From assembly GCA_963745835.1 (NCBI GenBank), contig CAVUZH010000018.1, forward strand, positions 384,001 through 448,000: a stretch of DNA of 64,000 nucleotides. Direction: 5' to 3'. Under the pieces are notes generated by a model. That model made no database searches. It saw nothing but the letters and a program-made list of their open reading frames with translations, and was not told where the DNA came from. The translations under genes were made by a program, and so were the position numbers. Each line of letters starts with the position of its first letter. The stretch's first letter is position 1. This document shows, piece after piece, positions 43,712 to 57,187 of this stretch. The stretch is from an uncultured delta proteobacterium. Lineage in GTDB: Bacteria > Desulfobacterota > Binatia > UBA9968.

Positions 43712-44048
43712 ATGAACATAACGCATACACTAGCGATCAGCAGCATCGTTCTCTTGTTCGGATGGCCCGCTTCAGGGGTTGTGGCCGCCGATGCGCAGTC
43801 GGGTAAGGCAGTTTATGACAAAAATTGCGCGGGTTGCCATGGCGCCGACGGCAAGGGGAATCCGGGCATGATCAAAGCCCTTGGGGAAAAAGGCTTGAAT
43901 ATCGTCACTAAAGAAACGACCCAGAAGTCGGACGAAGAGCTTTTGAAAATCATCGCTGATGGGAGCCGGTAAAATGCCCCCGTCAAAAAAACTCAGCAAA
44001 GAAGAGCAAAAGCAATCATTGGATTACACCAGATCGCTCGCGAAGTAA
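43712..44048 (+). CDS. Class I monoheme cytochrome c; frameshift near 43963
   Basis: Signal peptide, CAGCHGADGKG, distal GKMPP in the shifted frame. Confidence 0.82.
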
Positions 44049-44180
44049 TCCCAGGACGCTCTCGGTGAGCAGCCGATAAGCCCACTCTGCCGCGCCTTTT
44101 GGCGCACGTTCCTTCCATCAGCATTTGCCAGACGCTCACGCGGCTGCTGCGCAAACCAGCCAGAACAGTTTTGTCCCGTT

Positions 44181-44228
44181 GGGCCGGACCAAGTGCTCGC
44201 CAGCGCACAAGCGTTCGAGAAGCTGATT
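44181..44228 (+). repeat. Further copy of the diheme cytochrome 3'-end sequence (shorter remnant also at 44416-44439)
   Basis: GGGCCGGACCAAGTGCTCGCCAGCGCACAAGCGTTCGAGAAGCTGATT versus 40941-40988. Confidence 0.75.
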
Positions 44229-44359
44229 GGCAACCGGCGACCGCGGCGCGACGGATAAGAACAATTATGCTCCGGCGCTTCAACCACGATAATCAATCGC
44301 AACTTAAATCAAACGCATTACGATCAATGCAAGCGATGCTCACTGAACTTTCCGACCAA

Positions 44360-44379
44360 TATTGGACTAAGGTCCAATA
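44360..44379. promoter_or_regulatory. Palindromic operator site 7 (TATTGGACTAAGGTCCAATA)
   Basis: Upstream of frdC; TAGAAA begins 21 nt downstream; overlapping extra half-site GACCAATA at 44354-44361. Confidence 0.88.
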
Positions 44380-44485
44380 TACCGCATCTCAATTTCCCGA
44401 TAGAAAATTTTTCAGGCGCAAGCGTTCGAGAGCCTGATTTATAGCGACCGCTGCGGATACTCAATGTATAGAGAAGGAGCCATCA

Positions 44486-45271
44486 ATGAGTAACCAAGTC
44501 GATGTCATTGCCGGAACCGGTCTGGACCTCAAAGCGCGAAAGAGTCACTGGCCGGCGCGCTTGGATTTTGTCCAGAGCGCGAGCGGATTGTTCTTGGGCC
44601 TTTTCATGTGGGGCCATATGGCTTTCGTGTCGACGATCCTGATCAGCAACGATGCCATGTATTGGGTGACGAAGATGTTCGAGGGAGAGTTTATCCTCGG
44701 CAAAGCCTATTCCGGCATCGTGGCTGCAGTCGTTGCCGTGGTTTCGTTCATGTTCGTGCTCCACGGCTTGCTCGCCATGCGAAAATTTCCTGGAAATTTT
44801 CAAGAGTACAGAAGTTTCGCCGGCCACCGGCGAATGATGCGCCATGAGGACACCACACTCTGGTGGGTGCAGGCGTGGACCGGCTTTGCCCTCTTTTTTC
44901 TGGCTTCGGTTCATCTATACCAGATGCTCATGAATCCCGGTGCTATCGGCCCTTACGAGTCGGCGGAGCGCGTGTGGAGCGGCGGTTGGTGGCCGCTCTA
45001 TCTGGTCCTGTTGTTTGCCGTCGAGCTGCACGGCGGCGTCGGTCTCTACCGGCTGGCAGTAAAGTGGGGCTGGTTCGAAGGTGAAGATCCGAATCGGACG
45101 CGCACGATGCTTAAGCGGCTCAAGTGGGCAATCACGATATTTTTCCTGACGCTTGGGCTGCTCACCCTGGCGGCGTACATGAAGCTCGGCCACGAGCGCC
45201 GCGATCGTCTCGGCGAGCGCTATGTGCCGTCCTGGGCCGCGCCTTCGAGTTCGCCGGCACAGCATCGCTAA
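44486..45271 (+). CDS. frdC: Fumarate reductase diheme cytochrome b subunit (Wolinella/Desulfovibrio type B)
   Basis: ARLDFVQSASGLFLGLFMWGHM, HGLLAMRKFP, H.DT.LW..Q..TGF, ELHG.VGLYRL.VKWGWF. Confidence 0.92.
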   Translation: MSNQVDVIAGTGLDLKARKSHWPARLDFVQSASGLFLGLFMWGHMAFVSTILISNDAMYWVTKMFEGEFILGKAYSGIVAAVVAVVSFMFVLHGLLAMRKFPGNFQEYRSFAGHRRMMRHEDTTLWWVQAWTGFALFFLASVHLYQMLMNPGAIGPYESAERVWSGGWWPLYLVLLFAVELHGGVGLYRLAVKWGWFEGEDPNRTRTMLKRLKWAITIFFLTLGLLTLAAYMKLGHERRDRLGERYVPSWAAPSSSPAQHR

Positions 45272-45280
45272 CGGAGCCGA

Positions 45281-45468
45281 AAAATTCGAAGCACGAAGCC
45301 AAAAAATTCGAAGCACGAAACCCGAAATCCGAAACAATATCAAATGATCGAAATAGGGAAAATTCTAAACGAGACTGGCATTCGGATTCGGTAGTTTTGG
45401 ATTTGCGGATTTTCGAAATTTTTGGCTGGGTTTGTTTCGGGTTTCGATATTCGGATTTCGGATTTTTT
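45281..45468. repeat. Long intergenic palindrome between frdC and frdA
   Basis: AAATTCGAAGCACGAA duplicated; CCCGAAATCCGAAACAA arm versus TTGTTTCGGGTTTCG..TTCGGATTTCGGATTTT arm. Confidence 0.7.
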
Positions 45469-45526
45469 CGCTGGTCGTTTGGCGGGAGAAAATTTCTTAG
45501 GTGATTCTGACGAAGGAAGTTAAGCC

Positions 45527-47503
45527 ATGAAAATACTTTACACCGACGTTCTCGTGATCGGCGGCGGTCTGGCTGGCCTGCGCATCGGTATTGGCGCCAA
45601 ACGGCGCGGCCATGATGTCATCATTCTTTCGCTGGTGCCGCCGAAGCGTTCTCATTCAGCGGCGGCGCAAGGCGGCATGCAGGCGAGCCTCGCCAACGTC
45701 ATCAAGGGCCAGGGCGACAACGAAGACGTGCACTTCGAAGACACCGTGCGCGGCAGCGACTGGGGCGCAGACCAGCAAGTCGTGCGCATGTTCGTCGATA
45801 CCGCGCCCAAAGCGGTGCGCGAACTGGCGGCCTGGGGGCTTCCCTGGAGCCGGATAACCAGAGGCGATCGCGACGTCATCATCAACGGGCAAAAAGTCAC
45901 CATCACCGAGCGCGACGAAGCCCATGGACTGATTGCCCAGCGCGCCTTCGGCGGCACCAACAAGTGGCGCACCTGTTATGTTTCGGACGGCACCGGGCAC
46001 GCCATGCTCACTACGATGAGCGATCAGGCGATTGCCCAGAAGATACCGGTGCATGAAAGAGCCGAGGCGATCGCTTTGATCCACGACGGCAGTCGCTGTT
46101 ACGGCGCGATCGTGCGCAGTCTTGTGACCGGCGAGTTAACGGCTTACGTCGCTAAAGCCACAGCCATTACCGGCGGCGGCGCCGGACGCCTCTATCGTGT
46201 GACCACCAATGCGGTCATCTCCGAAGGGATACCCACGGCTATCGCGCTGGAGACCGGCGTCGCCACCCTCGGCAATATGGAGGCGGTGCAGTTTCATCCG
46301 ACGCCGGCCTTTCCTCCCGGTATCCTGCTCACCGAGGGCGCCCGAGGCGACGGCGGTCTTTTAAAAGACGTCGATGGCCATCGCTTCATGCCGGATTACG
46401 AGCCGGAGAAAAAAGAGCTCGCCTCGCGCGACGTGGTCTCGCGCCGGATGGAAGAGCACATCGCCAAAGGCAAAGGCGTGAAGTCGCGATTCGGCGAGCA
46501 TCTCTGGTTGGACATCACGCTATTGGGCGAGCACCACATCAAGCACAACCTGCGTGAGGTTTACGAGATCTGTCATTATTTTCTCGGCGTCGATCCGGTG
46601 AAAGAATGGGTGCCGGTGCGGCCGGCACAGCACTACACCATGGGCGGCGTGCGCACCAACCACACCGGCGAAAGCCCGACCTTGAAGGGATTGTTCTCGG
46701 CCGGCGAAGCGGCCTGCTGGGACATGCATGGCTTTAACCGGTTGGGCGGAAACTCGGTGGCGGAGACGGTGGCGGCCGGCATGATCGTCGGTGAGTTCAT
46801 CGCCGACTACTGCGACCGCTCCGAGAACGCCGGCAATATTCCTACCAGGCTGATTGAGGAAGCGCTGCATCGCGAGCAAGCGAAGATCGATGTCTTGATC
46901 AACGGCCGGGGCACAGAGAACCCCGCTGCGATCATGGCCGGGATGCAGACGATCATGACTACTAAGGTCGGCATCTTTCGTAGGGGTCCCGTGTTGGAGG
47001 AGGCGGTGCACGAGTTACAGCAACTATTATTGCGCAGCCGCAACATCGGCCTGCGCTACAAGGCGAGGGGCGCCAATCCGGAGCTGGTGACGGCCTATCG
47101 GGTGCAGAAGATGCTCAAGATGGCGCTGTGCGTCGCCTATGGCGCGCTCCAGCGCACCGAAAGCCGCGGCGCTCATTTCCGCGAGGACTTTCCGCGCCGC
47201 AACGACGCCGAGTGGCTGAACCGCACCTTGGCGACGTGGAAATCTGAAACCGACACATTGCCGTCGCTCGCCTACGAAAAACTCGATGTCATGAAAATGG
47301 AGCTGCCCCCAGGCTGGCGCGGCTACGGCGCCAAGGATCACATCGATCATCCGGACACGGCCAGGCGAATTGCCGAGATCGAAGCGCTGAAGCAGCGCAA
47401 TGGCGCTGATCGTTTCGCATTTCAAAAGATACTGATGCCTTACGAACATCTGATGCCAAGGCCTTTCCGCGGCAGAAATGAACGGATCGACGAAAGATTG
47501 TAG
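45527..47503 (+). CDS. frdA: Fumarate reductase flavoprotein subunit
   Basis: [57 protein letters not shown]. Confidence 0.95.
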   Translation: MKILYTDVLVIGGGLAGLRIGIGAKRRGHDVIILSLVPPKRSHSAAAQGGMQASLANVIKGQGDNEDVHFEDTVRGSDWGADQQVVRMFVDTAPKAVRELAAWGLPWSRITRGDRDVIINGQKVTITERDEAHGLIAQRAFGGTNKWRTCYVSDGTGHAMLTTMSDQAIAQKIPVHERAEAIALIHDGSRCYGAIVRSLVTGELTAYVAKATAITGGGAGRLYRVTTNAVISEGIPTAIALETGVATLGNMEAVQFHPTPAFPPGILLTEGARGDGGLLKDVDGHRFMPDYEPEKKELASRDVVSRRMEEHIAKGKGVKSRFGEHLWLDITLLGEHHIKHNLREVYEICHYFLGVDPVKEWVPVRPAQHYTMGGVRTNHTGESPTLKGLFSAGEAACWDMHGFNRLGGNSVAETVAAGMIVGEFIADYCDRSENAGNIPTRLIEEALHREQAKIDVLINGRGTENPAAIMAGMQTIMTTKVGIFRRGPVLEEAVHELQQLLLRSRNIGLRYKARGANPELVTAYRVQKMLKMALCVAYGALQRTESRGAHFREDFPRRNDAEWLNRTLATWKSETDTLPSLAYEKLDVMKMELPPGWRGYGAKDHIDHPDTARRIAEIEALKQRNGADRFAFQKILMPYEHLMPRPFRGRNERIDERL

Positions 47504-47552
47504 AGCCAGATGGCTGTTTTGGGTTTCGAGTTCCGGGGAGATAAGTCGAGTA

Positions 47553-47657
47553 GTTCAAAACGTTCAAGCAGTTCAAGCCCCCACCTCTTTCCTCCGCCGC
47601 GACGCGGGGGAGGATGAGGAGGGGTGGAACCATTGAAACACTTGGAACAGTTGGAAC
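47553..47657. repeat. GTTCAA-repeat palindromic element (partial copy at 29896-29934)
   Basis: GTTCAA x3, CCCCACCTC..GAGGGGTGG, TTGAAAC/TTGGAAC x3 inverted arrangement. Confidence 0.65.
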
Positions 47658-47695
47658 CGAATCTTTCTTCGAAGCGCCAGAAAGGAGCATCCGGC

Positions 47696-49093
<1,398 letters not shown>

Positions 49094-49144
49094 GATTCGA
49101 TTCCCGAATGAAGAGTCGAGAGACTCGTGTCGCAATGAGGAGAG

Positions 49145-49892
49145 ATGAAAATGGAAAATAACGCCGTGACCCGCCAGCTGAAGATCAGCGTTCTTCGTTT
49201 TAACCCACAGGAGCCGGGAAGCGTGCCGCGCATGCAGACCTACGAGATCGAGGAAGCTGAACAGATGACGCTGTTCATCGCCCTGATGGAGATTCGCGAG
49301 AAACAGGATCCGTCCCTGGAGTTCGACTTCGTCTGCCGCGCCGGCATCTGCGGCAGCTGCGGCATGATGATTAACGGCAGCCCGACCCTGGCCTGCCGCA
49401 CGTTGACGAAAGACTTGGGCGCCCGAGATCACGTTGGCGCCGCTGCCGGTCTTCGAGCTGATCGCGGACTTGTCGGTGGATACCGGCAAATGGATGCGCG
49501 GCATGAGCGAGCGATTGGAGACCTGGCTGCACATGAAGGAGCAGGAACCGGATCTGCGCCGGCTGGAAGAAAGGATGGAGCCGGAACTGGCGGAAAAGAT
49601 CTATGAGCTCGACCGCTGCATCGAGTGCGGCTGTTGCGTCGCCGGTTGCGGCACGGCGCGCATGCGCGAGGATTTTGTCGGCGCGGTGGGGCTCAACAAG
49701 ATCGCGCGCTTCCGTCTCGATCCGCGCGATCGGCGCGACGATGACGACTATTTCGAGGTGATCGGCGACGACGACGGCGTCTTCGGCTGCATGTCTCTGA
49801 TGGCCTGCCACGACGTTTGCCCGAAGAACCTGCCGCTGGCGACGCAGATCGCTTTTCTCAGACGTAAAATGGTGTCGGTGGGATGGAAATGA
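49145..49892 (+). CDS. frdB: Fumarate reductase iron-sulfur subunit; frameshift near 49420
   Basis: [44 protein letters not shown]. Confidence 0.93.
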
Positions 49893-49943
49893 TGTGCGAT
49901 TCCGAGCTGTAACACCTCCGCAAGTGCGCGAAAGGAGACTCAC

Positions 49944-51455
49944 ATGAGTAAGGTAGAAGCGGTGCCGGTGACACCCACCGTAAGCGCCAAAAAAGAGAGC
50001 TCCAAAAAAATCGGCTGGAAACATTTTGCGCCGATTGTTGTGGCGCTCATTATTGCGCTCATCCCCGCGCCGGCGGGGCTGCCACAGTACGCGTGGTACT
50101 ACTTCGCCATTTTTGCCGGCGTGATCGTCGGTCTGATGTTCGAACCCCTGCCCGGTGGCGCCATCGGGTTGATCGCCGTGACTTTGGTCGCGCGATTATC
50201 CGAGTACGTCCTCTACTCGCCGGAGCAACTCGCGAAGCCAGGTTTTAACGCGCTTAACGCCTCCTTGAGCTGGGCGCTTTCGGGCTTCTCCAATAGCACG
50301 GTCTGGCTGATCTTCGGCGCGTTCATGTTTGCGCTCGGTTATGAAAAGACCGGGCTCGGCCGGCGCATCGCGCTGATGCTGGTAAAGGCGATGGGGCGAA
50401 AGACGCTGACTCTCGGCTACGCGGTGGTGATTGCCGATACGATTCTGGCGCCGTTCACTCCTTCCAGCACCGCGCGCAGCGGCGGCACGATCTATCCGGT
50501 GATTAAAAATTTGCCGCCCCTCTATGGTTCGAAACCCGACGACCCGTCCATGCGGCGTATGGGCTCCTATCTTATGTGGGTGGCGATCGCGGCGACCTGC
50601 ATAACCAGCTCGATGTTTCTCACCGCGCTCGCGCCCAACCTGCTCGCCGTCGAGCTGGTGCGAAAGACCGCGAAGATCGAGATCGCGTGGCTCGACTGGT
50701 TTAAATACTTCGCTCCCGTCGGCATCCTTCTGCTCGCGGCATTGCCGCTGCTGGCCTACTGGATCTATCCGCCCGAGGTGAAGGAGGGAAAGGAGGTCCA
50801 GAGCTGGGCGGCCAACGAGCTGGAGAAAATGGGGGCGTTCTCACGCAAGGAGATTACCCTGGCAATACTGGTCCTGATCGCTCTGGTGATGTGGATCTTT
50901 CGAGGGGATGAAGTGAACGCCACCACCGCTGCGCTCATCGTCATCTCATTGATGCTGGTGACCAGCGTGGTGAGCTGGGATGACATCATCAAAAATTCCG
51001 CGGCTTGGAACACATTGGCGTGGTTCGCGACCTTGATCGCGCTTGCCGACGGCCTCACTCGCGTGGGGTTCGTGAAGTGGTTTGCGGAGACCGTCGCCAG
51101 TCAACTGACCGGCACTCCGCCGGCAATCGCGGTTGCGATGCTGCTGCTGATCAACTTTTTCGGCCACTATTTGTTTGCCAGCGTCACCGCCCACGTTACC
51201 GCAATGATTCCGGTGCTGCTCGCGGTCGCATCGACGATTCCCGGAGTCAACATGCATACGCTCGCTCTCGGTCTGTGCTTGCAGCTCGGCATCATGGGCA
51301 TCATCACGCCATACGCCAGCGGTCCAAGCCCGGTGTACTACGGCAGTGGGTATCTACCGGCCGCCGACTACTGGCGGTTGGGCGCGATTTTCGGCGTGAT
51401 CTTTTTCCTCGTGTTCCTCGTGATCGGCGTGCCTTGGATGCTGGCGATACGGTGA
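49944..51455 (+). CDS. DASS-family anion permease (CitT/TtdT-like carboxylate exchanger)
   Basis: KTGLGRRIAL, PSSTARSGG, SSMFLTALAPN, HYLFASVTAH, TPYASGPS. Confidence 0.9.
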   Translation: MSKVEAVPVTPTVSAKKESSKKIGWKHFAPIVVALIIALIPAPAGLPQYAWYYFAIFAGVIVGLMFEPLPGGAIGLIAVTLVARLSEYVLYSPEQLAKPGFNALNASLSWALSGFSNSTVWLIFGAFMFALGYEKTGLGRRIALMLVKAMGRKTLTLGYAVVIADTILAPFTPSSTARSGGTIYPVIKNLPPLYGSKPDDPSMRRMGSYLMWVAIAATCITSSMFLTALAPNLLAVELVRKTAKIEIAWLDWFKYFAPVGILLLAALPLLAYWIYPPEVKEGKEVQSWAANELEKMGAFSRKEITLAILVLIALVMWIFRGDEVNATTAALIVISLMLVTSVVSWDDIIKNSAAWNTLAWFATLIALADGLTRVGFVKWFAETVASQLTGTPPAIAVAMLLLINFFGHYLFASVTAHVTAMIPVLLAVASTIPGVNMHTLALGLCLQLGIMGIITPYASGPSPVYYGSGYLPAADYWRLGAIFGVIFFLVFLVIGVPWMLAIR

Positions 51456-51496
51456 GCGGCGCCCGGTACTGGCCACATCCGCAAAGAGAGATTTAG

Positions 51497-52150
51497 ATGG
51501 ATATCCCGGCTATAAACTACCTGGTGCATTTCTCGAACATCCTGCTGGTCGTATCCTACTCGGTGCGGGACATTTTGTGGCTGCGCTGGTTTGCGGTTGC
51601 CGCCGCGCTCACCAACATTCCGTACTTTCTCCTTCAGGGTACCGTGCTCTGGCCGCCGGTTCTCTGGGCGCTGGTATTCACCGCGATCAATCTCTATCAG
51701 ATTGTGCGCATCTATCTCGAGCGACGTCCCGTCGTGCTCTCGCAGGACGAACAGAAGCTCTATGATCTGGGGTTCCGTTCGCTTCGTCCGCGCGAGTTCG
51801 TTTCACTGTCGCTCGTCGGTGAGTGGAGGAACGCCGCGGCCGGCGAGAGGGTCATGACCGAAGGGGAGCCGGTGTTGGGCGTTTGCATCCCGATCACCGG
51901 GAGCGCAGACGTACGCAAGCAGGGTGCGCACATCGGCGCGCTCAAACCGGGGCACATCATCGGCACCGCGTTGGCTCTCACCGGCGAACCATCACCGGTA
52001 GAAGTGACCTTCACCGAGCCCGCACGTTACATGCGCTGGTCGCTTCCGAGCCTGCGAAGTTTTATGGACAAACGGCCGGAACTGCGGATCACGCTGCAAG
52101 GTCTCGTGAACCGCGACTTGGCCGGAAAACTAGAACGAGTGTTATCGTGA
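51497..52150 (+). CDS. Popeye-domain (3TM + cNMP-like) protein
   Basis: SYSVRDILWLR, W..VFTAIN, C-terminal CAP-like fold. Confidence 0.75.
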   Translation: MDIPAINYLVHFSNILLVVSYSVRDILWLRWFAVAAALTNIPYFLLQGTVLWPPVLWALVFTAINLYQIVRIYLERRPVVLSQDEQKLYDLGFRSLRPREFVSLSLVGEWRNAAAGERVMTEGEPVLGVCIPITGSADVRKQGAHIGALKPGHIIGTALALTGEPSPVEVTFTEPARYMRWSLPSLRSFMDKRPELRITLQGLVNRDLAGKLERVLS

Positions 52151-52329
52151 AAGAACATAGATAAAACAAGGTGATCAGGTTTGACGAGGCAGAAATACAA
52201 CGGTGCGTGTCTAAGCGTCAACAGTTTAATTTCCCGATAGATTCGCCGCTGATGGAGCTCCTAAAAAATCGGCAACCAACTCGATGAGCTGGCGACCGCG
52301 GTTGTTCGCACTGAGACAAGGAGACAAGT

Positions 52330-53743
<1,414 letters not shown>

Positions 53744-54046
53744 GTCCGAAGCTGCAAACTTTCACGCGGAAATAAGTCAATGACAATTGCCAACTTTGCC
53801 CCAACTCGTGTGCGTCCTTGCAGCGATCTCTAGGGATACGCGCGATGGCACCGTTCTGAGCCGCAACTGCGTGTCACTTCGGCGTGGATCCATCAGAGTG
53901 TTCGCTTCGCTCAACGCCTCCTCTTGACCTACAGGCTCGCTGATAACCGGCGATCAGCTTCGAGCTGTCCGGCACCGTCAAGACCGGTAATTACTTCCTC
54001 AACCAATCGTTCATGATACCTGGAGGTGCCAGAATGATTCGCCGCA

Positions 54047-55285
54047 ATGGCCAAACGCATTGGTCTGCTCGGCAGACCGGTGCTGGCCCGCCGCTTCACT
54101 TGTCTGTTCGCAGTGATCGCCGTCCTGGTAATGGGAACGGCGCACGGGGCTGGGCCGCTCCGAGCCGAGCCGGAATCCCTCGAACGCGCGGCGCCCGAGC
54201 TGATCGAGCGACTTCGAGCCGACCCTTACAATTATTTCCGATTCGTCAACCGGCCGTGGATCGCGCGGGTCTGCGACGATTTGGGCAATGATTTGCGCGA
54301 GCTGCCAATTGTGCGGTTGCACGGCGACGCGCACGTCGAGCAGTTCGCGATGGCGCAGGATGCATGGGGGCTCGATGACTTCGACGACTCCGCTCAAGGC
54401 CCGGCCGCTATCGATATCGTACGCTTCCTGGGCTCCATCGATTTAGTGGCACGCCAGCGTTCCTGGGAAAAGGATCGTGACAGGCTGTTCGATCGATTCG
54501 TCGAAGGCTATAAGCGCGGTCTCGTCGAGCCCCACTATCTGCCTGGTCCGCCTGACGTCGTGCGCCGGCTACGCACCCAGGCGTCACCGACACGCGCGGC
54601 GTTTCTTGCGTGGGGCGAGACCAGGATGAAGCCTCTGGCCGAGGTGACAATGAAGCCTCTTGTCGCGGCGGTCGAAGCCTTTGCCCGCGTCGTGGTGCGC
54701 GAGCGGCCCGACCTCACGCCGGAATACTTTCACGTTGTCCGTGCCGGCTGGCTTCAGGGTGGCGTTGGCGGCGCCGTGAGTCCGAAAATCATGGTCCGCG
54801 TGCAGGGGCCGTCCGACGATCCAGCCGACGATGATCTCCTCGAGTTAAAAAGGATCGAAGATCTCCACGCCATCGGCTGCCTCAAGACGCCCACGGTTCA
54901 ACCAACGCTCCGCATCATCGACGGAAGCAAACAGCTTGGTCGGCTGAAGTACGGCATACTGGCGGCTGGACCCGAGCTCGTCGTCCCTGAGGTGATGGCC
55001 CGGGGGCAGCGGTTGCAGGATTGGTGGATGCGCAATGTGGAGCCGTCCTACCGCCAGGTTCGTTTGACCGAGCTCCGTTCCGTCGCGGACCTCGCGGGCA
55101 TTGTCTACGATGCCGGTGTGCAACTCGGAGCGGGCCGACTACAGAATAAGACAGTGCTGCTGGGCAGCTACGACCGCCAACGAATACTCGCCGCGACGGG
55201 CGGGCTCGAGAAACTCTATCGGCAGGAAGCCACCAAACTAGTCGATGACCTGCTCCAAGGATGGCGGGAGCTCTCAACACGATGA
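54047..55285 (+). CDS. DUF2252-like protein with signal peptide
   Basis: PYNYFRF, LHGDAHVEQF, DDFDD, LLELK. Confidence 0.7.
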   Translation: MAKRIGLLGRPVLARRFTCLFAVIAVLVMGTAHGAGPLRAEPESLERAAPELIERLRADPYNYFRFVNRPWIARVCDDLGNDLRELPIVRLHGDAHVEQFAMAQDAWGLDDFDDSAQGPAAIDIVRFLGSIDLVARQRSWEKDRDRLFDRFVEGYKRGLVEPHYLPGPPDVVRRLRTQASPTRAAFLAWGETRMKPLAEVTMKPLVAAVEAFARVVVRERPDLTPEYFHVVRAGWLQGGVGGAVSPKIMVRVQGPSDDPADDDLLELKRIEDLHAIGCLKTPTVQPTLRIIDGSKQLGRLKYGILAAGPELVVPEVMARGQRLQDWWMRNVEPSYRQVRLTELRSVADLAGIVYDAGVQLGAGRLQNKTVLLGSYDRQRILAATGGLEKLYRQEATKLVDDLLQGWRELSTR

Positions 55286-55338
55286 ATCTACTCGCGAGAT
55301 CGCAAGAGTAACGACCACTGATCTAATTGAACCAACGG

Positions 55339-56431
55339 ATGGACAGGAGCTTAGGTTACGATCAATTGGCTTCTCATCTTTGTGCCGATCACTGTGGCGC
55401 TTGAGCACGTCGCGCCGCAGGCGCACACGTGGATTTTTTTTAGCGCTTGTGTAGCCATAATCCCCATCGCCAGGCTCATCGTGTTGGCTACAGAACAAAT
55501 CTCCACACGCACAGGCGAAGCTGTTGGTGGCCTGCTCAATGCGACGTTCGGCAATGCGCCGGAGCTGATTATCACGCTCGTGGCGCTGAAGGCGGGCTAC
55601 GCGGACATGGTGCGGGGATCGTTGATCGGCGCGATCCTGGCCAATCTGCTGCTCGCCTTGGGCCTCGGCTTTCTGTTCGGAGGCCTTCGCCACGTCGACC
55701 AGAAATTCAATTCGATCGCCGCACGAGCGTACAGCACGATGATGCTGCTGGCGGTGACTAGTCTGATCGTGCCGAGCTCGTTCAGCAGGTTCTTTGCGCC
55801 CGAAGGCACGATTCGACAGGAGCAATTGCTGAACATCGGCATCGCCTTCGTGCTGCTGGCGGTCTATATCTTGTACCTGGTGTTTTCGCTCAAAACCCAT
55901 CCACACTCCTTCGCCAGCTTGGACCAGGAGGGCGCTCATCACGAAGGCCCAGAGTGGAGCCTGTGGCAAGCCATCGGAGGACTCCTGGGGGCGGCCATAC
56001 TGGCGGCGTGGATGAGCGAAATTCTTGTCGGGGCAGCGGAAGGCACTGGCAAGGCCTTGGGTATGTCACAGAGCTTCGTCGGGATTGTCTTTCTGGCCAT
56101 CGTCGGCGGCGCCGCGGAGAGTAGCTCCGTGATCGTGACGGCGCGCAAGAACAGGATGGATTTGTCGGTGAGCATTGCGTTGGGTAGTTGCATCCAGATC
56201 GCGCTTTTTGTCGCACCGGTACTGGTCTTGGCGAGTTACTTCATCGCCCCACGGCCGTTCGAACTCTCATTTAGCCGCGCGGAGGTCGGCTCGCTGTTCC
56301 TCGCCGTATTGATCGGTACCCTGGTTTGCGGCGACGGTCAGTCCAACTGGTTCAAGGGCGTGCAGCTCACCACGGTGTACGTAATCATGGCGTTGTTATT
56401 TTACTTTATGCCTGAGGTGATGCCGGGATGA
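55339..56431 (+). CDS. Ca2+/H+ antiporter (CAX/ChaA family); frameshift near 55355
   Basis: GGLLNATFGNAPELII, GAILANLLL, GGAAE, ALGSCIQIALFVAP. Confidence 0.88.
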
Positions 56432-57115
56432 GCCGAGCCATTCAGATTGGAGCCGGCAGCCCGCGCGCGCTCGGAAATGCCTATCTCTGCCGCCGTTACG
56501 AGATCTTGTTTTACACCCTCCTCGCTTACAATCTTGGCGGCTCCGCTTGTCGCCGTTTTAGAGTTGAAGGGAGCGCTGCTCGAGTTACTGCTAGCCGCGA
56601 ATCTGCTTGCGGCGGTGATGCCGATCAGCACCGGCAGAGGTCGGCGCGTTTTGCTCGCCATTTTAGCCGTGCTATGGCTGGCTCGTGCGGCGACCGCATG
56701 GTTTGGTTATCCGGTATTCTCGGCTCTGACACTTGGTCTGTGGGCAGTGCTCGCGATGTTCGCAGCGGGCGGTGCTTTGCGCTTTGCTATGCGAGCCGCA
56801 ACGGTAGATGCGGAGCATCTGTATGCGGCGCTTAGCGCATATCTGCTCGCGGGAATTTTCTTCGGCATCTTCTATTGGGTTCTCGAGCACCTCGGACCGG
56901 GCACATTCACCGCCAACACTGAGTTCTCGCGCATGAGCGCGATCTATTTTAGTTTCGTCACGTTGGCGACGCTTGGCTACGGCGATATCGTCCCGCGCAC
57001 GGACTTGGCCCGGGGTTTTGCCATCGTTGAAGGTGTCGGCGGGCAGCTTTTTTTGGCGGTGCTGGTCGCCCGTTTAGTCAGCCTCTACGCGCGCGAGAAA
57101 ACAGCAGCCGGGTAG
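56428..57115 (+). CDS. Potassium channel family (Ion_trans_2) membrane protein; frameshift near 56525
   Basis: YFSFVTLATLGYGDIVP selectivity filter. Confidence 0.85.
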
Positions 57116-57187
57116 TATCCGGACACGTGAGAAAATGTTCAACTAAGCTCGGAGAAAGGGTCGCCGTCATAGTGACGAGGAGGAAAG

